A stretch of 64,000 nt of DNA from positions 81,788-145,787 of the forward strand of contig CAVQQF010000009.1 in assembly GCA_963714825.1 (NCBI GenBank), written 5' to 3'. The notes beneath the pieces were generated by a model. It was not told the origin of the DNA. It saw only the letters and a list, made by a program, of their open reading frames with translations, and did not search any database. The position numbers were made by a program, and so were the translations under genes. The DNA comes from an uncultured Bacteroidales bacterium (lineage in GTDB: Bacteria > Bacteroidota > Bacteroidia > Bacteroidales > UBA4417). Positions 21,501 through 29,961 of the stretch are shown one piece after another; the stretch's first letter is position 1, and each line of letters opens with the position of its first letter.

Positions 21501-22518
21501 GCAGCAAAGCGAAATGTATATCGACGGGCAGGTTCTTTCTAACGATACCATCTCTTTCTATCGCAAAGTTTCGTCGGAGAGCGGTTACGATTACCTGAGG
21601 TTTTATGTTGATGGCAATGAATTGGGAAGCTGGAGCGGTAATAAGGACTGGGCCAGGGTAAAGTACCCCATACCTGCAGGCACACATCGTTTCAGCTGGG
21701 TTTACGAAAAAGATGAAGCTACCATGGCAGGACAAGATGCCGCCTGGGTCGACTATATCAAATTTCCGCCATTCAGCCCCATACTTACAGGTGCTTTAAC
21801 GGTAAATGCACTTGCATCGCCAGCGGCAATATGTGCCGGCGACCCATCACAACTTTACATTTTTGCTACAGGCGGAACCGGTGTTTACAGTTATAACTGG
21901 TCACCGTCTGCAACACTTAACAACGCGTCAATTTTTAATCCCATAGCTACACCTGCCGAAACCACAACATACAATGTTTTTGTCAGCAGTTCATTTTTCT
22001 CGGCAAACGCAAATGTTACAGTAAGTGTTGAGCAGGCTCCTGCAGCACCCGTTGTAACCGTGTCGGGCGACCACCTTGTTTCAACTGCTGCCGATGGCTA
22101 CCAGTGGTATAATATACAGGGGCCTATACCCGGAGCCACTGATCAGATTTTTTATCCGACCAGTACAAATACCTACCACGTTGTTGTAACAAATTCAACC
22201 GGTTGCGAGTCGGCAGCATCCAACGAAGTTGTATTCGGGTTTACCGCTGATAAAATTCTTACCGAAAACAATGTGGCTGTATTCCCAAATCCATTCAGCC
22301 ACAGCCTGAATATAGCTTATACATTAAAAACAGCGGGTCATGTAACAGTAAGCCTTTATAATTCCATTGGTAACGAAGTAGGTATTATCGAAGAAAGCGA
22401 TAAAACTGTTGGTACTCACAAGGCTGTATTTAATGGAAATCATTTGCCGGCAGGCATTTACTACTGCAAAATATATATTGGCGACAGTGTTCATGTTGCC
22501 AAAGTGGTTAAAAAATAA
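18598..22518 (+). CDS. C25 cysteine peptidase, Lys-gingipain (Kgp)-like, T9SS cargo
   Basis: C25 propeptide; catalytic ANYTAHGS...WADP and VGNCC; YIGASDYSYWDEDYWW matches the Kgp pattern; Ig-like repeats (GNGNGQIDPGE); C-terminal domain VFPNPF...GIYYCKI...KVVKK. Confidence 0.9.
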   Translation: MFISLQKKLTSAVVAILLITGLHVIAGNQITLIPSGTTATNVIENTFYRLQVSNTISSFNTLWLNTEKGEFVELLAPSYSKSNAIGAPQLPVLSKLIEIPAGATPEIKIISYDVKEYKLSDFGITQKLFPAQPPQAKSSTKKEPFAFDQQLYETNSFYGETLARVEIAGMLRSVQLANLVISPVEYNPVTNTIRVYNNLVVEVNFNGADKAKTDEIKAKTRSAYFNSVFGSVLNYRAGDAPLDTISNVPVKYVIVSDPMFQSTLQPFIKWKTKRGFKVIEAYTNNPDVGTTNNSIKAYLQNLYTTATTADPAPTFVLFVGDVAQVPAFNCGAHVSDLYYCEYTGDYLPEVYYGRFSANNVAELLPQINKTLQYEQYLMPDPSYLNEVVMIAGADATYQAVWGNGQINYGTTYYFNAAHNLLSHTYLQPEPSGANYSQSIKNNVSNGVSYANYTAHGSANGWADPSFSISDIASLTNADKYCLMVGNCCQTNTYNQNTFGEALLRAENKGALGYIGASDYSYWDEDYWWGVGNGQIVANQTYEASGLGAYDRTFHDHGEPVTDWYSTMDQMIFAGNLAVQESNSSMKQYYWEIYCLMGDPSTMVYFSVPPALTVDYNPILPLGSPTFEIQTEPYAYVAISKNNVLHGVAEANVNGLATLNLQPFAEPGFAHVVITKQNREPYIDSVMVASPEGPYLVLDNYMVYDMGGNNNQVPEFGEPLSVDLAFDNYGNADAVNAISTLSTNDPYVTIPLNTHTWPLIASNGSASVSNAFTIQVNDYIPDMHNTYFTITTQADTSTFTSGFNVIVYAPKLVNGLVTIDDTTAGNGNGQIDPGETIYITVPTTNTGHCNSADVIAQMFVFGNYITSNSLPQNLGALAPGETANATFSFTVNANAVNGTSFSLYLTATSGPYNSISNLTPFIGPQLEDFETGNFLKFNWRMKGAKPWKISQTTIYEGLNGAVSGAINNSQQSEMYIDGQVLSNDTISFYRKVSSESGYDYLRFYVDGNELGSWSGNKDWARVKYPIPAGTHRFSWVYEKDEATMAGQDAAWVDYIKFPPFSPILTGALTVNALASPAAICAGDPSQLYIFATGGTGVYSYNWSPSATLNNASIFNPIATPAETTTYNVFVSSSFFSANANVTVSVEQAPAAPVVTVSGDHLVSTAADGYQWYNIQGPIPGATDQIFYPTSTNTYHVVVTNSTGCESAASNEVVFGFTADKILTENNVAVFPNPFSHSLNIAYTLKTAGHVTVSLYNSIGNEVGIIEESDKTVGTHKAVFNGNHLPAGIYYCKIYIGDSVHVAKVVKK

Positions 22519-22556
22519 ATAATCGACACAGCATACGTTAAAAACCATAGTAAATT

Positions 22557-25500
22557 ATGAAACAAACAATCCTTACACTATTCCTGATACTATCCCTGGC
22601 AATTACATCCACAGCCCAGGAATGGATGGCCATCCGATCGCAACAGCCGGTTGCGGCTTCAGCCGAACTGGTTTCGTCCGACATTTCGACCTCGGTGATT
22701 CATTTCAAACTCGATGGATTCTTCCTAAATCCGGTTAAGACTTCGAGGGGAAATGCGTTCACCATCTCCCTTGGGAATTCAACTCCTTTGCTGGATAAAA
22801 ATGCACCCGATCTCACAAAAATGACCGCATCGGTAATTATTCCCGATATGGCTATGATGGAGATAGAAGAAATGTCATCATCATGGGTTGAATATACTGA
22901 TATCGAAATTGCTCCTTCAAAAGGAAATCTCACCCGGGATATTGATCCGGCATCAGTAGCCTACGAGTATGGACGTCCGTATAACGAAAACAAATTTTAT
23001 CCGGCTTCTGTTTCAGGCTTGCGCGACCCTTTTATACTGCGCGATTACCGCGGACAAACCGTGATTGCATATCCATTCAGGTACAACCCGGTAACAAAAG
23101 TGCTAAGGGTTTACACCGATATTACCCTCAAACTAAAAGTTGCCAATAGCAGCGGTTACAATATCCTAAGCCGCAACCAGGTCCCCACTCATGTCGACCC
23201 TGATTTCGGCCAGGCATACAGCCGTGTATTCCTGAATACCACCTCTAACGATTACACTCCCCTGAACGACTATGGCCGTATGCTTATTATAAGCCATACC
23301 AATTACCTGCAGGCCATGCAGCCTTTTGTTGACTGGAAAAACAGCATGGGTATTAAAACCGAAATGGTGGATCTGGCAAGCATAGGAACCACATCGGCAG
23401 CCATTAAAACCTTTGTTCAGAATTACTATACTGCCAATGGCTTAACTTTCCTTCTGCTGGTAGGTGATGGACCCCAGGTTCCGACCAATACTACAGGATC
23501 GCTGGGCGGCCCTTCCGATAATGCTTATGGCTACCTGGTAGGTAACGATCACTACCCTGATATTTTTGTAGGACGCTTTTCGGCCGAAACAGTAGATCAT
23601 GTAAACACAATGGTTCAGCGTACACTCGAATATGAGAAGCAACCTCTCACTACAACAGCATGGTTTGATAAGGGTGTCGGCATTGCCTCGAGCGAAGGCC
23701 CGGGCGATGATAACGAGATGGACTACCAGCATATGCGTAACATCCGCACCGATTTGGTAGGTTACACCTACTCCATGGTTTCCGAATTGTACGATGGCTC
23801 ACAGGGCGGTGAAGACCTTGCCGGGAATCCCACCTCTGCCATGGTTTCGGCTGAAGTAAATGCCGGCAGATCAATCATTAATTATGTAGGACATGGCAGC
23901 GACAATGCGTGGAGTACTACCGGATTTTCGAGTAACAATGTGAATGCACTCAGCAATAACCATATGTGGCCGTTTATATTCAGCGTAGCATGCGTGAATG
24001 GTAATTTCGTGGGTGGTACCTGCTTTGCCGAAGCCTGGCTGCGTGCTAAAAACACAAACGGACCAACAGGAGCTGTTGCTACGCTTATGTCGACGATAAA
24101 CCAGAGCTGGAATCCACCTATGGACGGGCAGGATGAAATGGACGACATTCTTGTTGAATCCTATCCTACCAATATCAAGCGCACATTTGGCGGAATATCC
24201 ATGAACGGATGTTATAAAATGAATGAAACCTACGGATCCGCTGGTGATGAAATGACCGATACCTGGACAATTTTCGGCGACCCTTCGGTGATGATTCGCA
24301 CGGCAATGCCTACGGCCATAACAGCAACACACGAGAGTATGATATTTCTCGGAACTACTACGCTTGCGATAAACTCACCCGTTGAAGGAGCACTGGCTGC
24401 TTTAAGTAACGATAATCAGTTCCTGTCGTCAGGATTTGTTAACAATGGGATTGTAACTTTGAATTTCCCGGCATTTCAAACTCCCGATACGGTTCAACTG
24501 GTGCTTACCGCCTATAACCACATTCCGTATATGGTTAATATAGCGGTTATTCCCAACAACGGGCCCTACCTTTTGTATTACAGCAATACCATAAGCGATA
24601 CCCTGGCAAATAACAACGGGCGGGCTGATTTTGGTGAAACTGTATTTTTAGACGTGGCTTTTACAAATATTGGCGTATTGGATGCTGATAGTGTTGAAGT
24701 TACTGTTTCGAGCACTGATCCTTTTATTACGATTATTGATTCAACCGATATTTACACTTCAATCCCTGCCCAGGATACGGTTGCTATGACTAATAGCTTT
24801 AGTTTTTCACTTGCAGCCGATATTCCAGATATGTATGTGATACCTTTCCATTTCACAGCGGTTTCGGGAAGTAATGTATGGCAGGGGAATTTTACTGTAA
24901 CAGCTCATGCCGGGGTGTTGAAATATTCCGGTTTTACCATCGACGATTCGCAATCGGGCAATGGAAACGGTAAAGCTGACCCGGGTGAAACTTTTATTGT
25001 TTCGGTGAGTATAAAGAATACAGGTTCAGCTCCTGTTTCCAATGTCAGCGGACAGCTATCCTTTAATGATGTGTATGTCACGTTGCTGTCGTCGCCGGCA
25101 CAGAATTATGGCAACCTCACACCCTTTCAATCCACCTCGCGTACTTTTACCATGCAGGCCGATGCCAATACACCCAACGGGCATGTTGTTCCGGTAACAT
25201 TTCTCATGACTGCCGACCTGGGGTTACAGACTTTATCGAATTTCAACCTGGTGGTTGGCCAGATTCCGGTTGCCGTTATCGACCTGGATGGAAACCACAA
25301 CTCAGGGCCTGCCATACAAGCTGCTTTAGCTGCCAACAGTGTATATGCCGAGTATAAAACTTCGATGCCCACGGATCTGAGCGTATATACCACATTGTTT
25401 GTTTCGCTCGGTGTGAGTACCCAGAAACACGTACTTACCACAAACCAGGGCCAGATGCTTGCGGCTTTTCTTGATGCAGGCGGACGTTTGTATATGGAAG

Positions 25501-26387
25501 GCGGCGACACCTGGTACTACGACCCTAAAACAGCTGTTCACCCGAAATTTAAAACAAACGGTGTAATGGATGGCGGCAACGACCTGAACATTGAAAACGG
25601 ACAGGTTGGACAATTCGCCGATGGACTGAGCTTTACCTATACCGGCGATAACGAGTTTATCGACCACGTTTCGGCCACATCACCTGCTTTTAACCTGTTC
25701 AAAAACGCCACTCCTTTGTATATTACTGCTGTTGCTTACGATGCCGGAACCTATCGCACCATTGCTTCCGCTTTCGAGTTTGGCGGGCTTTCAAATGGCA
25801 GTTTCCCTTCGACCCGCAATGAATATATGCGCAGGATCATCGAATTTTTCGAAATTCTTTCGTCGCCATATACCGTTAATTTTATGGGTAATCCTATCAG
25901 TATCTGCGAAGGCGGTTCCGTATCGTTCAGCGATTATTCAACAGCCGGAACCACTTCATGGGAATGGACCTTCCCTGGCGGCGTTCCCGAAAGCAGTACC
26001 GAGCAAAATCCAACGGTTACCTACGATGCAACCGGCCTGTACAACGTTACACTTATTGCTTCTAACGGTATGTTCAGCGATACACTTTCGAAAAACGACT
26101 ATGTATGGGTTGCCTATTGTACCGATATGAATGATAGCCGCAGCAATACGGTTAGCGTTTATCCTAACCCGGCTTCGGATTATGCCTCCGTTTCGTTCGG
26201 AAGCCTTACCGGCACTGTTGAAATTCAGCTGAATGATGCAATGGGTAAATTATTGCTCAGCAAAAGTCAAATCGATTCGAAGCAGCCTTACACGCTTAAC
26301 CTGAAGGGATTAGCAGAGGGCGTTTATTTTGTAACCATAGTTACTGATGAGCAGCGAATTGTTAAAAAGATTGCTGTCAGCCGATAA
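22557..26387 (+). CDS. C25 cysteine peptidase, Arg-gingipain (Rgp)-like, with PKD domain, T9SS cargo
   Basis: YTP...GRMLII, VGNDHYPDIFVGRFS, IASSEG..DDNEMDYQH, NYVGHGS, ACVNG, STINQSWNPPMDGQDEM, IKRTFGG all track RgpB; C-terminal domain VYPNPA...GVYFV...KKIAV. Confidence 0.92.
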   Translation: MKQTILTLFLILSLAITSTAQEWMAIRSQQPVAASAELVSSDISTSVIHFKLDGFFLNPVKTSRGNAFTISLGNSTPLLDKNAPDLTKMTASVIIPDMAMMEIEEMSSSWVEYTDIEIAPSKGNLTRDIDPASVAYEYGRPYNENKFYPASVSGLRDPFILRDYRGQTVIAYPFRYNPVTKVLRVYTDITLKLKVANSSGYNILSRNQVPTHVDPDFGQAYSRVFLNTTSNDYTPLNDYGRMLIISHTNYLQAMQPFVDWKNSMGIKTEMVDLASIGTTSAAIKTFVQNYYTANGLTFLLLVGDGPQVPTNTTGSLGGPSDNAYGYLVGNDHYPDIFVGRFSAETVDHVNTMVQRTLEYEKQPLTTTAWFDKGVGIASSEGPGDDNEMDYQHMRNIRTDLVGYTYSMVSELYDGSQGGEDLAGNPTSAMVSAEVNAGRSIINYVGHGSDNAWSTTGFSSNNVNALSNNHMWPFIFSVACVNGNFVGGTCFAEAWLRAKNTNGPTGAVATLMSTINQSWNPPMDGQDEMDDILVESYPTNIKRTFGGISMNGCYKMNETYGSAGDEMTDTWTIFGDPSVMIRTAMPTAITATHESMIFLGTTTLAINSPVEGALAALSNDNQFLSSGFVNNGIVTLNFPAFQTPDTVQLVLTAYNHIPYMVNIAVIPNNGPYLLYYSNTISDTLANNNGRADFGETVFLDVAFTNIGVLDADSVEVTVSSTDPFITIIDSTDIYTSIPAQDTVAMTNSFSFSLAADIPDMYVIPFHFTAVSGSNVWQGNFTVTAHAGVLKYSGFTIDDSQSGNGNGKADPGETFIVSVSIKNTGSAPVSNVSGQLSFNDVYVTLLSSPAQNYGNLTPFQSTSRTFTMQADANTPNGHVVPVTFLMTADLGLQTLSNFNLVVGQIPVAVIDLDGNHNSGPAIQAALAANSVYAEYKTSMPTDLSVYTTLFVSLGVSTQKHVLTTNQGQMLAAFLDAGGRLYMEGGDTWYYDPKTAVHPKFKTNGVMDGGNDLNIENGQVGQFADGLSFTYTGDNEFIDHVSATSPAFNLFKNATPLYITAVAYDAGTYRTIASAFEFGGLSNGSFPSTRNEYMRRIIEFFEILSSPYTVNFMGNPISICEGGSVSFSDYSTAGTTSWEWTFPGGVPESSTEQNPTVTYDATGLYNVTLIASNGMFSDTLSKNDYVWVAYCTDMNDSRSNTVSVYPNPASDYASVSFGSLTGTVEIQLNDAMGKLLLSKSQIDSKQPYTLNLKGLAEGVYFVTIVTDEQRIVKKIAVSR

Positions 26388-26406
26388 GGGTTTAATTATG
26401 ATTATG

Positions 26407-26437
26407 AAAGCCATCAGGATTCCTGGTGGCTTTTTTT
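26407..26437 (+). terminator. Intrinsic terminator of the gingipain operon
   Basis: aaagccatcagg-att-cctggtggc followed by T7. Confidence 0.8.
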
Positions 26438-26527
26438 GTGCAGTGCCCCGTAAAGTTTTTTGTTAAAACATTTCCATTGCATATTAAACATTTTTATATT
26501 TGTTTATCCAAACTAAAACCTTGCAAC

Positions 26528-27346
26528 ATGAATAATTTCTTCCTTACTCTGATCGGTTCATTTTACAATCCTGAAACATACCGCGATGCTGTTATCAAAA
26601 TGAAGGGTCGTACTTTCGGATACCTGCTGTTATTGGTTTTACTATGCATGGTTCCACTTATGATTGCCATAGTAAATGGAGGCAACAATTTTATGGCTGA
26701 CGATGGGAAATTTATTGTTGAGCAGGTTCCTGAGATTACATTTAAGAATGGAATTGCATCCATGGATAAGGAATCACCTTATTATATAAAATCGAAACAA
26801 GGCGAAACGCTTTTTGTAATTGACCTTTCGGATTCGGCTGCTATTACGGAGTTACAAGGAAGTGCAAAGGTGCTGCTGACAAAGGATAAATTAATAGCCC
26901 AGCAAAAGGAAAACGAAACCCGTACCTATAAGCTTTCGGATGTGCAGAACTTCACCCTTAATGCCGGAAAAATTATCAACTGGTTCGATTATGCCTGGAT
27001 TGTGTATCTCATCATATTTATTGCAATGCTGATGTTTTTTGCCATCTACCGCCTGGTACAGGCTGCTTTCAACGCTTTGCTCGGCTTAATCATCAGCTCG
27101 TTTATGAAAGTGAACCTCGATTATACCTCCCTATTGTATATTTCAATGATAGCCATTACCCCGGTAGCCATTATAGCCTCGCTTATATGGGCAACAGACT
27201 TTGAAATCCCTTATAAGGGATGGCTGGGTTTTATACTGGCCTTGGGATACATCAGTTTTGGCATTATAGCAAACAAACCGCAGGCTGGGGATTCCACTAT
27301 GCACAATTCCGTGCCCCAACCTCCTGATGACCAGCGCACCTTATAA
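26528..27346 (+). CDS. DUF1189-like membrane protein
   Basis: SFYNPETY...GYLLLL, VPEITFKNG, C-terminal TMs with AITP; TATATTTG promoter box at 26495-26502 supports ATG 26528. Confidence 0.65.
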   Translation: MNNFFLTLIGSFYNPETYRDAVIKMKGRTFGYLLLLVLLCMVPLMIAIVNGGNNFMADDGKFIVEQVPEITFKNGIASMDKESPYYIKSKQGETLFVIDLSDSAAITELQGSAKVLLTKDKLIAQQKENETRTYKLSDVQNFTLNAGKIINWFDYAWIVYLIIFIAMLMFFAIYRLVQAAFNALLGLIISSFMKVNLDYTSLLYISMIAITPVAIIASLIWATDFEIPYKGWLGFILALGYISFGIIANKPQAGDSTMHNSVPQPPDDQRTL

Positions 27347-27450
27347 TAAACGTCTTTACCTGATTCACTATCGAATATTCTAAAATAGGATGGGATATCG
27401 TGCATGCAGGATATAATTGAAAAAATCGTCGACGAAAGAGATTAGTTGGC

Positions 27451-27582
27451 GGTGGATGGTATGGTTAGTTGCCGATTTCGACGCATGTTCCTATCAAGTT
27501 ACAACTACTTCTGATACGAGCGGTGCCTCTCGATTAATCACTGCACCGGCAATTAACTATACCGCGCGTTACCACCAGTGCT
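27451..27582 (-). mobile_element. attC-like recombination site (R'' box and long arms intact; R' end eroded)
   Basis: Minus strand, 14 bp after the AlbA gene stop: AGCACTGGTGGTAAC, then arm GGTATAGTTAATTGCCG (27547-27563) pairing 15/17 with CGGCAACTAACCATACC (27458-27474); inner hairpin 27492-27516. Confidence 0.6.
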
Positions 27583-27596
27583 TCCTTGTTTTTCAG

Positions 27597-29087
27597 CTAT
27601 TTCAATTTTGATTTCATTTTCTTTGTCAAATAATAACCTCCTGTATGAGCTGCTTCTCCTCTGAATTCTATTAGACCACCATCTTTTAATTGTTTTATAT
27701 ATCTTTCCATGCTACTATCTGGTAAACCAGTCGCTTCTTTATAATCAGGAACTCTTTTACCTTCATTTGCGGCAATAGCACTTAATAGAATGGCTAGTTT
27801 ATCTTTAACTCCTTTAGTTACTCCATCAATAGCTCCCTCAACAGCTCCCTCAATAGCTCCCTCATTTGCACCCTCATTTGCACCCTCATTTGCTCCTTTA
27901 GTAGCACCTTCAATTGCTCCACCAAGTTTAACGTCACTAAAGAAAGTAAGTTTAACAGTTCGTTCTCCTATTTCCCATGCGGGTGCTTTAATGCCAGCTT
28001 GTTTACAAGCATCAATAATCTTTAATGTTCCTCTGCCTATCTTTTCGATATAACCTCTTAGAAAAACTATATGTGCTATCTCAGGATTGTATGGCATTGA
28101 TAAATGGTTCTTCTTTAATTCACTTTGTTTGAAAGGAGATTTGCCGCTATTTGTAATTTCTAATTTATCGGGATATATAATAATGGATAATGCACTTGAA
28201 ACCAAACCATATTCTCTATGCACTAAAGCATTCATAACGCCTTCACGCAGAGCAGCCATTGGGAAAACATAATCATCTGTTCGTTTCCAATTATTATTTT
28301 CAAATTTTCGGCTGAATAATAAATGCTTTTCAAAGAAATTTTGAATGGTTTCAATATTCTTAAATAAATTACCTTCTAATAATTGATCATCTTTAAAGAT
28401 ATCGCCAGTTTTTCCGTAGTCGAGAAAAGCGACACGAACTCTTGCTTGTGGAATAAACCGAGACGGTTTCTTAGCAAATAGGATGACAGCTGCATTCGTG
28501 AAATTTCCATTTTGAAAAAGCCCATAATAGGATAGAAACTCAAGAGGCTCTTTTTTAATGTCCTTCATTTTATTGTCAGACAATGCCGCATCCATAGTTT
28601 TTTTGATTTCTTCTATATCCAAATCTTCCAACTCCACACCTAAGGCGGCTTGTCGTTCCCAATGGATTTCGGTTTCCTGTCTTTTATGAATAAGCTCAGA
28701 AATTTCTTTTGAAGAGGCCTGAATGGTTCTGTCAGTTCTGCGGTAATAAATACTGCCGTTAAAAATGTAAGGTTTTTTTGAACCTTCCCAAACCTTTATA
28801 AGCAATAATTGTTTATCGCCATAATTTTCAACCGAAACCATTACAGGTGCTTCGGGCACTAATTCTTTAATCAGGTATTGTTCAATTTCATACTGCCATT
28901 TATATGCATCATTAATTCCTTTAATTTCTTTGTTATCGGCAATTCCAATGAGTATCTGACCGCCTTCGTTATTTAAAAAACCACAAATAGTTTTTCCAAT
29001 AGCATCTTTACGAACAACTTCTTTAAACTCAAGCTGTCCGCTTTCGACCTGTTTTAACAGGTCTTTTATGAGTTGTTCTGTTTTCAT
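27597..29087 (-). CDS. Schlafen/AlbA_2 domain + HATPase_c_4 (RecG C-terminal-like) + wHTH protein
   Basis: ESGQLEFK...ICGFLNNEGG.ILIGIAD (AlbA_2); LREGVMNALVHREY, YPDKLEITNSG, NPEIA...IEKIGRG (HATPase_c_4); terminal HTH. Confidence 0.88.
   Translation of the reverse strand: MKTEQLIKDLLKQVESGQLEFKEVVRKDAIGKTICGFLNNEGGQILIGIADNKEIKGINDAYKWQYEIEQYLIKELVPEAPVMVSVENYGDKQLLLIKVWEGSKKPYIFNGSIYYRRTDRTIQASSKEISELIHKRQETEIHWERQAALGVELEDLDIEEIKKTMDAALSDNKMKDIKKEPLEFLSYYGLFQNGNFTNAAVILFAKKPSRFIPQARVRVAFLDYGKTGDIFKDDQLLEGNLFKNIETIQNFFEKHLLFSRKFENNNWKRTDDYVFPMAALREGVMNALVHREYGLVSSALSIIIYPDKLEITNSGKSPFKQSELKKNHLSMPYNPEIAHIVFLRGYIEKIGRGTLKIIDACKQAGIKAPAWEIGERTVKLTFFSDVKLGGAIEGATKGANEGANEGANEGAIEGAVEGAIDGVTKGVKDKLAILLSAIAANEGKRVPDYKEATGLPDSSMERYIKQLKDGGLIEFRGEAAHTGGYYLTKKMKSKLK
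27810..27920 (-). repeat. Coding 12-bp tandem repeat (9 x GAxE-type tetrapeptide)
   Basis: GAIE GATK GANE GANE GANE GAIE GAVE GAID GVTK. Confidence 0.9.
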
Positions 29088-29668
29088 TGTGCTGGATTAT
29101 TTAAATTGGCTAATTCCCGTTCTACACGCTTAATATCACGGAATAAAGTTTCAACGTGTCTTAACGCTTCATCAGGTCTAAAAAATTCTTGTACCCAATG
29201 ATATTTCCGTTCTTCATAGGCCAAATTTATTTGCACAGCATCGTTATACATATCAATCACCTTAACGCTATCCAGTACTGAAGTTGACTGAATTTCAAAA
29301 TCGTTACGTTGGGTTTTGGCAGCATCGGCATACATATATTGAGCAAGCAATTTTCTTGAGAAAGTGACAAAACTATGAGCAATGAATCTCCGTGGTTTGT
29401 CGATAGCAATAGCTCTTTGAAACTCTAAATGTGTAATTCCAGTGCTGTACATTGGGTTTATGATACCAAAGAAAATATCGCATTCAGCAACTGCGGCTAT
29501 ACAAGCATCAGTGTTGTTCAATCCTAAAGGTGGATGAAGTGTGCCATATTCCGAATTGATAACGTGGTAACCATAGGCATTCAAAATACCGCAAATTTGC
29601 AAAAGCAAATCACGGTTTTGATACACCGTAGAGGCTACCATAACATTTATTTTTCTCTTTTTTGCCAT
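29084..29668 (-). CDS. DUF4062 domain protein (TIR / nucleoside-deoxyribosyltransferase-like fold)
   Basis: VMVAST, CIAAVAECDIFFGII..MY, ITHLEFQRA...KP; stop overlaps the next start (ATGA). Confidence 0.8.
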   Translation of the reverse strand: MAKKRKINVMVASTVYQNRDLLLQICGILNAYGYHVINSEYGTLHPPLGLNNTDACIAAVAECDIFFGIINPMYSTGITHLEFQRAIAIDKPRRFIAHSFVTFSRKLLAQYMYADAAKTQRNDFEIQSTSVLDSVKVIDMYNDAVQINLAYEERKYHWVQEFFRPDEALRHVETLFRDIKRVERELANLNNPAQ

Positions 29669-29764
29669 TCACTAATTTTTCAAAATCAAGTTTATAGATT
29701 TAAATCAAGTTAGCTTTGTATTTCTATTTTTCGTTATTGTCTCGCTGTGTTGTCTGTTTTTTTT

Positions 29765-29800
29765 AGCATTGGTAGCGACTAGAATCTATATACAAATATA
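29765..29800 (-). promoter_or_regulatory. Putative cassette 5' junction plus upstream -7 promoter box
   Basis: AGCATTGGTAGCGAC (29765-29779) matches the reverse complement of 27568-27582 at 11/15 positions; TATATTTG on minus strand at 29793-29800. Confidence 0.5.
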
Positions 29801-29906
29801 CCCACCTTTTCTTCCAACACATCGAAAAACCCGATATTTATTTTCACCAGCAATTTCACTTCTCGAGGATCTGGAATTTCTTTGGAAATAATCACTTACA
29901 AAAAGC

Positions 29907-29937
29907 AAAAAGCCCGCAGCATTATACCACAGGCTTT
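29907..29937 (-). terminator. Intrinsic terminator after the Omp28 gene
   Basis: Minus strand aaagcctgtggta-taa-tgctgcgggc followed by T-runs. Confidence 0.65.
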
Positions 29938-29961
29938 CGGGTTGGTTAATTGATGGCTGTT

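Noticed and set aside
27417-27611. 64-aa ORF over the attC-like hairpin
   Set aside because: TTG start and no recognisable motif; the region is better explained as a structured DNA site.
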